Shown: positions 1 through 14,000, counted from the first letter of the whole stretch. The stretch is DNA of 63,403 bases, filler included, from Welwitschia mirabilis (GCA_051453625.1; 8 parts of one record of this genome joined end to end with filler, not necessarily neighbours in it), one strand, 5' to 3'. Notes: generated by a model from the letters alone, not told the origin. Translations and numbers: made by a program.

Positions 1-1239
1 AATAGTGAAATCATTTCCTAAGTTTTCCCGACTTTGTTTGTGTCAACAAACAATGAAATGAAAAATACCTTGACCTTCTTAGAACAGGTTTAAGTCAAAT
101 AGCAATGATTTTAAACAGTTTTTTCTGCACTCTAAACCTAAGGACTTGATCATATAGATATGGAAAATACAAGATTTCCAATCATAGCAAAAGAAAGAAA
201 GGAAACGGATACTCAATGAAAAGTGAGTAAGCATCATTAATATGCATAAATAATAGATTTCGTCTATGCAGATAGAATCGTGTGGAAAGCCGTATTCGAC
301 AAAAGTTGTATGTACGGTTTAAAGGGAGATCTTTCGTACCAAGGATCCACCCTACAATATGGAGTGAGTTAATAAATTAATAATATTCATGGAAAGGTCA
401 AGAAGACATGCTACAATTAATACAATAGCTATGGCAACAAAAACATTAGCCATTCAGTGGTGGGAGTTAAATAACAGGTTTTATGCACTTAAAATGCAGA
501 GAAAAAAAATTGCTAATGAAAACAAAATCCAGAAAAGAAAAGTAATAAAGATTGGATGCATCTAAATAAAGCACATCATAAATGAGAACAAAAGAGTTAG
601 AACAAAAATGATAATTCAAAATGATGAAATACGTATAAAAGGTAAAAAGGAACAAATCATAACACACATAGAGTTTTGCTACAAATCAGAAATTCTTGCA
701 CAGCTTAAAAACCTGATTTTCCACAGGAACGCCTCATGACCATTCAATTAAATGAAAAGAATAGACTCAATTTTCCTTTTAAATGCAGATCCCAAGAAAA
801 GGATGTTGGAAGAAACAACAGAAGCAATGGGTGATGTTCTTAGTTTTTAGCCTGCTATGTACTGCCGGACAGTAGGCTTAGCAGAACCAATTGGCTATTT
901 GTTAGAAATCAGACAATTCTGCCTTATGAAAAATCCAAAGAAAATGATAAAGATCTAAATCCTAAATGACCAGTATTTAAAGGAATGAGACAAGGAAAGA
1001 CGTGAGAAGGCTACACAACCTTGAGAAGAATAATGATTACTGGAAGAGCCCTCGAAGTGAATCTTTATTTCTGAAAAGGAAAGATAAAACACCAAAGAAA
1101 ATAATACATAAAAGCAATGGACTTAACAAACATTGTAGAAAAATAGGCAGTGAAGCAAAAACAACAGAATATAAGGCATAGTCTCAATGGGGAAAAGGTT
1201 TGACTGTGATGAAAAACTGCTATGGCCTCAATTTGCTAA

Positions 1240-2340
1240 ACACTCTTCGTCCGTTGTAAGACACCAACTGTGATCTTAAAACGACAAACAACATCTGACG
1301 CGTCCAAAATAATGATAAAAACGCCAAATAACATCAGTGACGTTTCCAAATTAGTATAGCGGCTAAACACAGAAGAGATACTTCTCCTGAATAAAGAAGG
1401 CACGAAATTTCATTAATCCTCAAAAGCACAGCCACCTAAGATCGCAGGTTCACGTAAAATGAAATTCTAATACAAAAACGCAGCTAACAAGAAGAAGAAA
1501 TTACGAAGACTGCAAAAAAACGACACGCAGTCAAACTGTACAGAAACCATCGAACTTAACAAAAGGGCAAAGGTGAAATTAGTCGCGTCTAAAACAACGA
1601 AGACCAAAGACGCCACAGATCAAAGGGAAAAAAAAAAGGAAAATCAAGGAAGGAAAAAGAAAATCTTACCTGCAACGTTTGCAGAAGTCAGAAATTAAAA
1701 ATGGAAAAGAGAGACATTCGAATTGAGAATTAGTTTTCTTCCTTTGCTTGTTGCAATACAGCATACATAACGTTTCTGTGTTCTGCACACTACGCAAAGC
1801 ATGCTTCAGCTTTCAACTAAGTTGCTTTACGTTTAATTAAAAGAAAGGCCATTTGACACGTCAGCTTCAAGCGGGGAACGCCCGTTTCTTCTGCGAAGAT
1901 TGCTTCCCTAATTCACAGAGAGTTAAAAGACTCAAGGATTTCCGTTACAAGGTTTTGTCTCTGCAACGTCTAGATTTTTTCGGCCTTTCGAACTCCGGAT
2001 GTGTGTTTGATCCCGTTTCAGAAGAAGCTTTGATTCTTTTCATGTTTGCCATTTCATTTTCACTATGGTAACGTCTGGCCCCGCTGGGATTATAGAGACA
2101 TCGCCATCATTTCTGGAAACGTTTCTTCCCACCGACCAGAATCGTATTTGATCGGATCCCCCAGGAAAGATATCCCTCTTCCCCGAAACCGTTTCCCTTT
2201 GGCCGCTTCCCAGTTGCTGTTTTATTAAACTATTCCAGAAAATGATATCAGTGACCCACTCTTATCACTTTTTAATTTATTTTAAGCATTCAAACCCACG
2301 CCCTTTAGCTCACTTCCGTACTAGCTTGCAACAGGAAATG
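1240..2340. promoter_or_regulatory. CpG-retaining island, probable bidirectional promoter / 5' ends of two divergent host genes
   Basis: Many CG dinucleotides here versus strong depletion elsewhere. Minus-strand donor CAG|GTAAG at ~1665-1672. Plus-strand donors ATG|GTAACG (~2068) and TAT|GTAAGT (2383). TGACACGTCA (ACGT-core bZIP-type motif) at 1854-1863. Confidence 0.55.
1670..1850 (-). other. Probable first (5'UTR) exon of a minus-strand host gene continuing left out of the window
   Basis: Plus-strand cttacctg = consensus CAG|GTAAG donor, followed on the minus strand by T-rich intron-like sequence. The upstream boundary is approximate. Confidence 0.45.
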
Positions 2341-2382
2341 GGAAGCACCATAATGACAAGAAGATATCATTGCAAAATTTAT
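2335..2382 (+). CDS. Putative 48-nt exon of a plus-strand gene (EMGSTIMTRRYHCKIY, or GNGKHHNDKKISLQNL in the other open frame), product unknown
   Basis: Acceptor ttgcaacag ends at 2334, donor GTAAGT starts at 2383, followed by a T-rich intron-like tract. A possible upstream exon ends in ATG|GTAACG at 2067. Confidence 0.35.
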
Positions 2383-2450
2383 GTAAGTTTTTAAAGTAAT
2401 TACATTTAGTATTTGCTGTTTGATTTTAGTGTAATTGCTTCATTTATAGG

Positions 2451-2540
2451 GGTAAGATCCAATTTCATGGGTTTTATTTTTATGACGCATAATATGGTAA
2501 GATTCAATTTCATGGGTCTTATTTTTATGATGCGTAATAT
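2451..2540 (+). repeat. 45-bp direct tandem duplication (2 copies)
   Basis: ggtaagatccaatttcatgggttttatttttatgacgcataatat repeated with few substitutions. Confidence 0.85.
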
Positions 2541-2789
2541 GGTTTGTACTTTTATCTATTTATACAACATGTATAGAATGTGAGCTTCAAGGTCTTTGGT
2601 ATTAATCAAGACTGGTATTAATCAAGGTCTTGTGCTAGGAAGGCTCACCAATGGCTTTTCTTATAGCTAAGTAGATTAGTGACCCTGGCAAATGTGGTAG
2701 TGGCTTTCATAAATTAATTTCTTTAGAAAAATATTTATATAAAAAATTTAAGCAATAATATTTAATTTGTTAGAATCGAATGCATAATG

Positions 2790-4644
2790 AAACTGAAACC
2801 AAAGATTTATTAAGTTTAAAGACCCAAAAGGATCTATTTGACACAAAAGGCATTCATCCCATTGAATACAAAAATTGATTTAAAAAAGTGGCCAATAGTC
2901 ACTAAATCAACAAAAATAGATCATACAAACTGTTTGCAACAATCTTGAATGTTTGCCTTAGATTATTAGTTCAAGAACAATTAAGGAAAACAAGTTATTC
3001 ATCCTCAAGAGCTACTAACCCACATAATCTACATGTGTATTCTTCTCTAAGCACGTTAATCCATCCCCCACTTTCTTTCATGAGGCGATGTAAACTCAAA
3101 TGAAGCTTACTAATTAAGCTATGAGTTCTAATTAGAAAATTTACAATAAGATTACAAACTTCTGAATCTACTTGATTACCTCTATCATGTTGAAAGGTAA
3201 TTTTTTTACGTTCCACATCTGCCCAAACTTTTATTAGCACCTACTACTTAAAAAAAATTGCAAATTTTCTTAGAATTATTTTGCACCTCCTCTAAAAAGA
3301 CATTTTATGTCTTCAACCATTGTATTCCCCTGAAATACATCTTATTCTCTATTGTCTTCCAAGAACTTCTTTGGAAAACTTAGTCTACTCTTAAAGATTT
3401 GGTATGCTCTACTTCTACCAATTTCAAGGTATTAGCAATGAGATTAACATATTATTTTGATTTCTAAGGGTAACGGTTTGCTTTCTAATAGTAACATGTA
3501 ATAAGGTGTTTATGTCTTTACCTTTAACTCATTAAGTAAAAAAATATTTTTTGAGTCGTTTCAATAGGTTACCAATTTTTTTCTTTCACTAAGGCATGGT
3601 CCCTATGCAGGACATCATATAAAACAGTAGGTACATAATAGATGAGAATTTTTTTCCCCCAACCTTTCAAGCCCATAACCCTAATGAGCTACATTTGTTT
3701 TTAATAGCATAAAGAGCTTTAATTCCTTTCTATTATTCTTCCCTTGACATATTTCTCCCACCCATAATTATTGACATAGCAAAGATCCAAATATCTAAGA
3801 GAGTTCATTATTTTAACTGCTCAGCACTAGAAGATAAAAACATAATTTGTTATTCTTGTATCCTAAATAACGATTTTTGTTTCTTCTACATTGACATATA
3901 AACCAAAAGACTAATAAAAACTTTACAAAGTTTGTAGCATATTTACATTTCTCAAAAGTAGATACCAAAGCTATGTCATTTCCATCAAAAAGTAAATTTA
4001 TTGCATGATATCCTATTTTGATAGCATACTTATGGCATCTTTTGCACGACATTCTTGCAACTCATCAATAAAAAGGCCAAAGAAGCTTAGGGATAAATGG
4101 CACATTTGCTTCACTCTAATCTTGCTTCAAAATCTGAAATTCTCCTCTAATTTTGTGCCTTTAAGCTCAATGATATCTTCTTAACACAACTTATTTGCTA
4201 GCAAATCTTAAGGAATGTCTACTTTATTCAACTGTAACAATAATTTTCTCCGAATCATTGAATCATATGCTTTTGAGAACTTAATGAAATAAATGAAAAT
4301 TTTTCTATTTAATTTTTTTGGGTTCCAAAATCTATGTAATGCCTTAAATGCAACTAAATGATCAACAATGAAGTGATGTTTCCTATAACTTGTTTAATAA
4401 AATTCCCTTATATCATGTATTTTTGCCTTATTGCTAAATATTTTTTCCAGGAACAGTGCTAGAAGATTAGCATAGATATCTTAATAGTTACTTAGATTAT
4501 TTTTCTCTCCTTTCTCAGATAGAATTATTAACGTATTGATTATCCATCATTAATCCAGTTCATTTTTAATAGCGATATCCCATTTTTCACAAATTTTTGT
4601 AAGGATAGTACTCCCTACCCATTTAAGCAACTTATCATATAAAT
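2790..4644 (-). mobile_element. Non-LTR retrotransposon (RTE-X-like), 3' part: degenerate RT and C-terminal Cys/His finger
   Basis: Minus-strand translations include FRKHHFIVDHL, FSKAYD, LLFDGNDIALVS (decayed YADD) and LSLHRLMKESGGW..REEYTCRLC..LEDE. The frame resumes after 32936. Confidence 0.8.
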
Positions 4645-7600
4645 TGATAACATACAAAAATTGACATTTAGATCAAGGAATTAAGGCCTTGCTAGCACGT
4701 TTAATTAATCATTAAGATAGTTTTATGTACTTATTATGCTTAAGGCCATGGGAATCCAATTTTACTAATAATATGCCTTAGCATTGTCATTTTGCAGCAT
4801 AAATGTGTCATCAGTATCATTACAGTAAAAGAGGGAGGTGTGCTGAGCATAAATGGAAGTGACATCAGTTCTAGGAGCGGCAGTGCTAGTTACTTTAAGC
4901 AGAACAGTACCAAACTCACATTCCTAAGTTCTATTTTCTTTTTTAAAAACAAAAATAAAAAGTCTATTAAAGCAAAATACATTATAAGAGGGGTGGAGAC
5001 ACCCTTAGATGTGAGATTTGCAATGAAGCACCAAGTTTCCAATTGAATACCAAAGTTTATCAAGAAAGTTACAAAAGCCAAACTAAGTAAATCATAACAT
5101 GTATCCTCAAGCCACCTCAAAAACTCACTTCTAGCTTGAAAGATTATTAATAGCTCTTGCATCTAGGAAAAAGGTTCATGTGATGCTTCTAGATGAGCTT
5201 TCTACCTAGCTCATCTGTGAGAACCTTAAAATCTTGGTTAAATTCCTTGAAAGCATCAGCCCCTTTTGGAATTTTATTCAAATGAAGTCTTTGTTCCTCC
5301 TATAGATTATTTTAATAGAGCTTAAAGGTGCTCAGTGACTAATTCCTAGAATGATATATGGGTACTTTTATAATTCTTTAATTGCATCAAAATTAAGCAT
5401 TTGAGATTCTCCCTATCTAGCTTCTCTGCTTTTGAATCCTTATTCAACTACTGGGGCTCTCCTTGTTCTTGGTTTGGATGAGTATCATCTTTTTCTTTTC
5501 CCTTCCCTTTATGAGCATGTCTTGCTAGCTTTAAATGAGGATTATCCTGCTCAAGGATTTGGGAACAGGATCACCTTCGTCTATTCATTAGGGGGCAGGG
5601 GCAGGGTTGCCCTTATATACTCATTGGGGTTTAAGGGTGGGATCTCCTTTGTCTTCTCCTTTGGGGATGAGGTCAAGCATATTTTTGTCTCATACCAGTT
5701 TCGCTTCCTTACATTTTTTCTTTATTTTGAAAGAGATTTTTTCTTTTTGCACTTTTATCTCCTTGCAATGAGGGGAGAGGGGTGTTGAGAGGTTACTGGA
5801 CCTTCCTTTGCTATCCTTCATAAGGCCATTACAAGACCTGAGTGTCTAGTTTGATCCTTTCTTTTCACGAATTGAAGGAAGAAATGCAGAATATTGACCC
5901 TTTGCCTTAGGTCCAAGGCTTTAAGAAAGACAAAATAAAGGTCTACAATTTTAGAGGTGCATCTAAACTATATGAAGTAGTGATCTATCATTTTTGCCCC
6001 TAGTCCCCATGGGGACGATAGGACACTTCTATGTATGTGGTCATTTAAAATCTTAGGGGTACCTGCTGGGATGAAATGATGAGCTTCCCATTGTTCCCTG
6101 GCATCAACAGGGATCCTTTCTCCTTCTGCTAGCGTCTCAAGATACTTCGTTAATGCTTCCTGTGTGAGCTAAATGCTTACTTTCTTGAATCTCATTAAGC
6201 CTCCTTTATAGTTGTTTAAAAAAATGGATGATATTCGTTTTTGGCTCCTTTTTTGGCTTCCACAAGAGGGTCTCACATACTATTGCCTACAATTTCAAAA
6301 CTCTTTTGTCCCTTGAATATTTTCATAACTTTTAATTAAAATGGATTTGGTAGTATCTTCAAAAGTGGTACTTATGTTATTGAGCTCTTGGTAGAAGTTC
6401 ACTCGGTGTCACCAAACATAGGATTCCCCTTCCTTACTATCTCATAAATCATATCTAAATTTAATCAGTTTACTCAAGGAAGATCCTCTATGTATAATAT
6501 TCTGATGATTCGATGTGCCCTCATAAGAATGCAATCTTTCAATTTTTGTAGCCTTCAACCTGTAGATGCTTTTGGGCAAGCAACAATATCCCACTTGCAA
6601 AGGTGAATTCTATTTTTATCCTTTCCTACTGATCAAATAAAGTTTTTTATTATTCTATTGATTTTCTTAATAATTTGCTTTGGGGAAGGTAATGATGGAA
6701 GATGAGTCGCTATCAGATAAAAGTTCATAAGGATAACTTTTGCTTTTGAAGATAGAAATCTGTTTATCTAAGTATTACATTTCCTTTTAATTTTCTTGAT
6801 GATATGCTTCCAAGTTTGAATTTTATTTCAGTTTCATAATAGAATCCCTAAATAAATGTCATTAATTTCTCCCTCTTTGATCCCAAGATTTATATGATAT
6901 ATGTCGTTTCAATGAGTTTTGATCTTATAAAGTGGATTTTTATCTCAGTTCAGTTTGCCCTTAGACTTATGGCTCTACTAAATAGCTCAATTGCATTTGT
7001 AATGATAATTGTTTGTTAATAAGAGGCTTGGATCATAATGATTATATCATCTACGTAATGATTGTTAATTAATATTTGCTCTTTGATGTCGATCCATTTG
7101 ATACCATTTCTCTTTAACATTTTCTAGAGAACATCTGTAACAAGCAGATGTAGGTAAGGAGATAAGGGATCTCTTTATGTGAGGTCACAACCTATTGTGA
7201 AATACTTTGATATAGTATCATTAATCTTTAAGTAAAGTTTAGCTAAGCCTTGCATGTCCATCCATAGATTTACTAGGTCTTTCACAAACCTAGATTTCTT
7301 GAGGAGAGTTCCTAATGCACTCTAGCTAGCTATGTTATAGGCCTTAGCTATATCGATCTTACTAAGCATTAGAGGAAATTTATGTTTTTAATAGAATGTA
7401 TAGTAAAATTTATTCTTGTATGTACCTAGTGGAAATGAAGCTAGCCTGATTTAAAGAGATGATCTTAGATAAGAGGAGGATGATATAACCAATCATTATC
7501 TTTATAAGAATCTTGTAAAACGTATTACATATTCCAATTTGTTTATAAGACCTTAAGATATTAACATCTGTTTTTCAAAATAAGGATTATTCTAACTCTA

Positions 7601-8678
7601 TTCATCTTAGTAAGGATTCTTTTTCTTGTGAATATCTCCTGCATAACATCTTAAATGTTTTCATCAAGGATGAGGAAATATGTTGGATTATGAATTGCCA
7701 ATCGATGTCAAACTAATGTTTTCTGTGTAGAGAAATTTATTGTAGCTTGTGCAGAAAATATTGATCACTTGTAGGCCAAAAGCTGAAGCAATGAATGTCA
7801 CATTTTTTATTCTAAAACCTGTCAATTTTTATTATCCTCTTAAGGGGTCAATTGGACTTCTAAAGGGTTAATCACAGCTGAAGCAAATACTAAAAAATGA
7901 ACTGAATTCAATGGGTCAACTGGATATTTAAGGAGTTGACTAAACCTGAGAATTATGCACTTGATACTTCTGAATTGATCATCAAGGAGTTGACTAGACA
8001 TCTGAGAAGTTGACTGGATCTAAGCACTGTGCACCCAGTACTTCCTAGATAATCATTATTGTAATGCGTATTTGTGCTTCTAATTCTAATATTCTAAAGA
8101 TTGAATTTAACTTGCAACATTTTAAAATCTAATAATCTAATTGTACATAATACACATTTGTATAGTAGGATCAATCCAAATGTTGTACACTTAGAGAAGA
8201 CTTCTAAATAATGCAAAGATAAAGATGGAATGCAATGTAATAGAATGAAATGCAATGTAATGAATGAAATTCTAATGCAATGACTTAATTAAAATTCCAA
8301 GCTACGATTACTTAGATAATTCNNNNNNNNNNNNNNNNNNNNNNNNNNNNNNNNNNNNNNNNNNNNNNNNNNNNNNNNNNNNNNNNNNNNNNNNNNNNNN
8401 NNNNNNNNNNNNNNNNNNNNNNCCTCTTAAGGGGTCAATTGGACTTCTAAAGGGTAGACCACACCTGGAGCAAACTCTCAGAATTGAATTGAATTCAGAG
8501 GGGTAGACTAGACTTCTAAGGAGTCCACTGGACCTATGAATCTGAGAATAGTACTCATTAACTGATTGTTAAGGAGTTGACTGAACCTACGAGGGATCGA
8601 CTGGACCTAAGCACTATGCACCTAATACTTTTGAACCGATCATCAAGGGGTCAACCGGACACCTAAGGGATCGACTAA

Positions 8679-8778
8679 NNNNNNNNNNNNNNNNNNNNNN
8701 NNNNNNNNNNNNNNNNNNNNNNTTAATTAATTAANNNNNNNNNNNNNNNNNNNNNNNNNNNNNNNNNNNNNNNNNNNN
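8679..8778. other. Artificial contig-join linker N44-TTAATTAATTAA-N44 (12-mer also at 16565, 29569, 40853, 50977, 54285, 59967)
   Basis: Identical 12-mer with stops in all six frames, centred in 100-nt gaps seven times. Confidence 0.95.
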
Positions 8779-9088
8779 TAAATTTATTTGAATAATTTTT
8801 ATAAATCTATTCATTGCCCCTCTAGCTTTTTAGATCCTACATTTGGTATCAAAGCCAAGTTGAGCTTTATTAAGATTTTAACCAATCTAAACTCTAGAAC
8901 ACAAAATGAGTAATCCCACCATTGGATTTTCGACTATGCCTACCTTAGACACCCATACTCTTATTAATATTTTTTGGATAGCTTGTGCATATATTTTCAA
9001 GTAAATTATAAATTGTGGACATGTAACGGAGACATGGGATAATGACAATATTTTAGGTTAAGAATCTAATAGAGATAAAAGACTATTT

Positions 9089-11089
9089 TTGATGGAAATT
9101 ATACCTTCTTTATTAAAATTTTCTAATACATTAGAGTCTAATGATTTGGATGTGATTAGTGAAGAACAAGATGAGCTAGAAGATATTTATCAAGAACTAT
9201 ACTTGAAATGTGAAAAGTCGGCAAAGAGGATAAATGATCTAAATAAGATTGTAAAGTCTCTTATCAAAGAGAAGAAGAAAATGAAATCAAAGTACAAAAA
9301 CATTAAATCTAAAAATTCTGAGCTCATTTTACAAGTGAAAGATTTAGCTCATTTTGTTAATAAATTCTCTATTAATCCTTCCAAATTAGAATAGATGATT
9401 AGAGTACCAAAACCTACTACTAATAAGTTAGGTATTGGGTTCATCTCTCAAAAAATATAAAGTTAGAAAAATTAAGTAACTTGGCAAAATAATTTCATTT
9501 TTAAAGTTACTTGTCATTTTTGTAGTAAAACGAAACATTTAAAACTCTTTTGCAATGTTATAAAATTTAATTTTATTTTCAAATTCAGTTAGTTCTTTTT
9601 CTTTTAATTTATTTCAAAATGATTTATACCACATAAGTCTAAAAATACTAAGTGGGTGAAAGCTAATAATTTGAAAAGTCTCTTAATTTAGAAAGCTTTT
9701 AAGATCTCAAATAGTAGTAGCTGGTATTTGGATAGTGGATGCTCAAGACGTATGAGAAAAGACAAATCTAGATTTAAGTAATTAAGCAACTTTAATGAAG
9801 GAAAGATGACTTTTGATGATAATGAAAGAGCAAAAATAGAAGGTATCAGAAGCATTAGATGAGGTAACCTACCTAGAATTAATGAAGTTTTATATGTAAA
9901 TGGCTTAAAGCATAATTTATTAAGTATTAGTCAAATATGTGACAAAGATCACAAGGTAGTTTTTAATAACTCTAAATGTGAAATTTTACATAGCAAATCA
10001 AATGATGTTATCCTTATAGAAAATAGAATATATAATGTTTATAGAAAAGGTCAATCATTTTCCCCATGTTATTTTTCTCATGTTTCTTAAGAAAAGCTTT
10101 GGCATAAATAATTAGATCATGTTAATTATAATCGATTAAAAACAACTATTTGTAAAAACATTGTGAAAGGTATTCCTAAGATAAATGTAGAAAAACAAGA
10201 TTTATGTGATGCTTGGCAAAAGGGAAAACAAATAAGAACTTCACATAAAAGTAAAAACCAAGCTTCCACAACTATGTCATTAGAGCTCATCCATATGGAC
10301 TTGGTAGATCCCACTCAAACTCAAAGCCTAGGTGGAAAGTGTTATTTTTTTACTAAGATTGATGACTTCTCTAGATATACATGGATTGCATTTCTGTCAA
10401 ACAAATCTGAAACATAAAAATATTGGGTTGATGTATGCAATAAGATTTAAAATGATAAATGGTATATCATAAAAAAATAAGAAGTGATCATTGTGGTGAA
10501 TTTAAGAACCATTTATTTGAGAAATATTGTATTAATGACGGAATTGATTACCAATTTTCAGCCCTTAAAATGCCACAACAAAATGGTATAGCTAAAAGAA
10601 AGAACAGAATCCTTTAAGAAATGACACAAACTATGTTAAATGATAGGGAGGTCCCAAAATCATTGGGCTAAGGCTGTTAACACAACATATTATATCATTA
10701 ACATAGTTTATCTTAGACCTAGTACAGATAAAATGCAATATGAATTGTGAAAATAAAGATAATCTAATGTTTCATATTTTAAGTCTCAGAAGTTAACGTT
10801 ATATGCTAAAAGATAGAGAACATCTAAGCAAGTTTGAATCTAAAGTTGATAAAGCTATATTTTTGGGTTACTCAACTAGAAGTTGATATTATTAAGTATT
10901 TAATAAGAGAAGTTTAATAGTAGAAGAGTCAATTAATGTTCAAATTGTTGATATTGACACAAGACCAAATTTTTTGAATGATGATGAAGACATATCTCCA
11001 AGTATCACCACAACTAATGCAGTGACTACTGAAAATAATGAAGCTCCTACAAAAGAAGTCACAACTAAAAAAGATTACCCATTAGGATC
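9089..11089 (+). pseudogene. Copia gag C-terminus, protease, GAG-pre-integrase and integrase (frameshifted, many stops)
   Basis: ORFs 9089-9394 and 10163-10417, plus motifs PQQNGIAKRKNR and IFLGYS. Confidence 0.85.
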
Positions 11090-14000
11090 CACTACAAGAA
11101 ATATAGGCTTTTAAAAGGCAAAAAATGCCTTAAAGGCTGACTTTTTTAAAGCATTTTATCAGATAAACGGCTCAAAAGCAACAAACGCCTCAAAAACTAT
11201 TACTTTTGATTAAAAAAAATTACTGCACAATGGTAAAAAAATATTGCCTTTAAATTGACAATCTGTAAGCAAAGGAGATTACAAGGAAACATTTTTGAAG
11301 GTCTTAGAAAAATGAATGATGGTGGTGTCTGTTTGGCATCACCAATCCTATGAGTTCTAATACTTATGTTCAGATCCTCAAAACCATGTTGGAAAATACC
11401 ATTGATTTCACTTGCATTCAGGCACATAAAGTGAGAAAGTTATGAAGTTTTTTTGTTTTTTTTTTTAAATCCTATCAAGATCTTTTTTGCTATATATCCA
11501 TTCAGATATTCTTCATATGCGATAAACTTATCATTTTTTTTGAGTTTGTAATTTAGCTATCTTCATGAATTAATCATTGGTATAAATCATACCAATGAGT
11601 AAAATAATATATGCATTGATAATTTTAAATACCTTATGACTTAAATAACAAAATTTAATTATAAGAGAGCTTCAATATTAAAATTGCATTAGCAGAAAAT
11701 AATAATAATAGTGATTATCTCATACTATAAAGGAGAAAAAACCCATATTAAATGATGCCCACCTTAGACATGTGTAAAACCCACAATGGCGCAATGATCT
11801 AGTCTCAAATAATTAAGCTACTAGAAGCTTGAATTCTTTGGAAAGCTATAACTAGAACACTGAATGATGATATTTGCTGCATAGCTTCTAGCTCAAACAT
11901 ATTCTTTTATAGGTTTTTCTACCACCAGTTGTGAAAGGAAACCACATATGAATTCATCACTTGCTCCATTGGTATTAATAAAGTTCTCCTTTGGTACAAC
12001 AATAAGAAGAAATAGTGTGACCTTTCCTTTTTGAGCAACAATAATAGGGTCTGCACATTGGGTAATAATAGCAATCCTCTTGTGATTTTCAAATGCCTCT
12101 AGGAGTTCTACCATCTAGAGGACTATCTCAAAGCATCAGTATTCCACCCTTGTACTTGTGCAAATGCCTTCATTATTATAACTCGATGCTAAATAATTCA
12201 TATAGATCATGAACTTCTTAAAATAAAAATTGAATAGATCTAGACTAGTAACAATTAAAATTTCAATAGAATCAGTTTGTAAAAGACTTTATAGTCAGAC
12301 ATTTCCTATTTATGTTTCCTAAGATAATGACAAAGGAAGATGGAAAACAAGAAACCATATCTATAATAAATGATGTTAGAAATGCCTACTTTCTCATCCA
12401 TCTTCAATTCCCCACTTTCATCCTGTGAAATAACTAGCCACTAGTGGTTAGATGTCAATTACCAAAAAAGAAATAAAAACCAAGATATTAATGGAAAATG
12501 TTGTAATAGACATTTTATAGGTGTAGATATATTAACAAACAATATACAAAGCATAATTAGAATCTTTCTACAAGAGAAAAGCAAGTGTAAAATTCATGTC
12601 CAATTCATATAATTACATCTGTAAAATTAACTAAATTATACTAATATATATCCTCTAATAATAACAAGTAATTTAAGCATAGTCGTGAGAAACACAACAT
12701 TCTTTTTCTCAAAATGTAATAAAAAATAGGATAAAACTTTCATTCAAAATAACAGAATCAAGATGTTTCTTGTATATCATTATGCCTTGATGATTAGATA
12801 CCATTGAGAAAAATAATGGCATCAAACCCTATTATTTAATAAGAAACCAAAAGAAGGATGGAAATCAAAACCCAAATATTGTATTTAAAAAAAAGGTAAA
12901 TAAATTATCACTTCAGTAGATTCATGACTCATATATTAAAAAAAAAAACTGAAAACGAAAGAAATAAACAAATTACTATGTGACATTGAGATATTACCAC
13001 TTAGATATATGAATAATTGCAATAAACAGCAAGAAAATATGACGACTGAAATAAGAATTTAACTTTATTCTTGACAATTTCCTCTGCTAAACAACCTACA
13101 ATGCAAATTCAAATTAATAAAAGAAGCATTAATGTATTAAAACTATTTTCATAAAAACACAACTGTTCCTAAATTTGATTAGAACATCAAATGTAATACA
13201 CTTCTATTAGCAAGTAAAAATAAAGCATATGAGAAAAGGAATACTTTTGAGTATANNNNNNNNNNTTTCTATTGATGAATGATATTGACACAATTTGCTT
13301 TGCCATTAGGATACAATTTATTTCTCTATTTTTCACCATCATACTTCTTTTAAAGATGCAAGGATTAGTAAGGCTTAGTTATAGGTAGCATAAATTAATA
13401 GAAACAGGAAATCAAGTATGACAATTATGGGGATAACCCAGGTTCAGAAAACTACCTAGTCTTGATTAAAAATTTTTACCACATCACTATGACAATGTTT
13501 ACATCGTTTGTAATAAATTTGATTAGTATGTAACATATTTAATGACTGGCTTAGTTGCTACAAACTATTACAAAAGTATAAGAAAAAAAAATTAAAATAG
13601 TAATCATGAAAGATAGATAGACAAAAAATATAGATAGAGAAAGAGATTTTATGTAGGTCTACCTCTTTCTAGATTATGTTCCTATGAAAGTAGGGAAGAG
13701 CTTTTATGAGAACAATTTAAAAAATGATAAGTCAATGGCATGCATTGAGCTTCATCTCTAGAGATTCAATCCCTCACTCACTCGCATAGTAATCAGCCAT
13801 CAAATGCAATACACTTCTAAAAACTCCTTCATGTACAAAACCCNNNNNNNNNNNNNNNNNNNNNNNNNNNNNNNNNNNNNNNNNNNNNNNNNNNNNNNNN
13901 NNNNNNNNNNNNNNNNNNNNNNNNNNNNNNNNNNNNNNNNNNNNNNNNNNNNNNNNNNNNNNNNNNNNNNNNNNNNNNNNNNNNNNNNNNNNNNNNNNNN

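Noticed and set aside
60-830. Candidate small exons (e.g. 12-nt GGTGGATCCTTG on minus near 340-351; donor near 712)
   Set aside because: Splice-like motifs do not assemble into a recognisable open frame.
1853-2228. ORFs 1853-2071 and 2046-2228 as genes
   Set aside because: TTG starts, no recognisable domain; expected by chance in the GC-richer promoter/UTR region.
7830-8680. Spaced repeats as a CRISPR array
   Set aside because: Degenerate units inside copia LTRs in eukaryotic DNA, with no cas genes or unique spacers.
13500-13843. Possible solo LTR inside the CACTA (similarly 8060-8322 inside the copia LTR)
   Set aside because: LTR-like composition, but the far end lies in a gap, so no termini or TSD can be shown.
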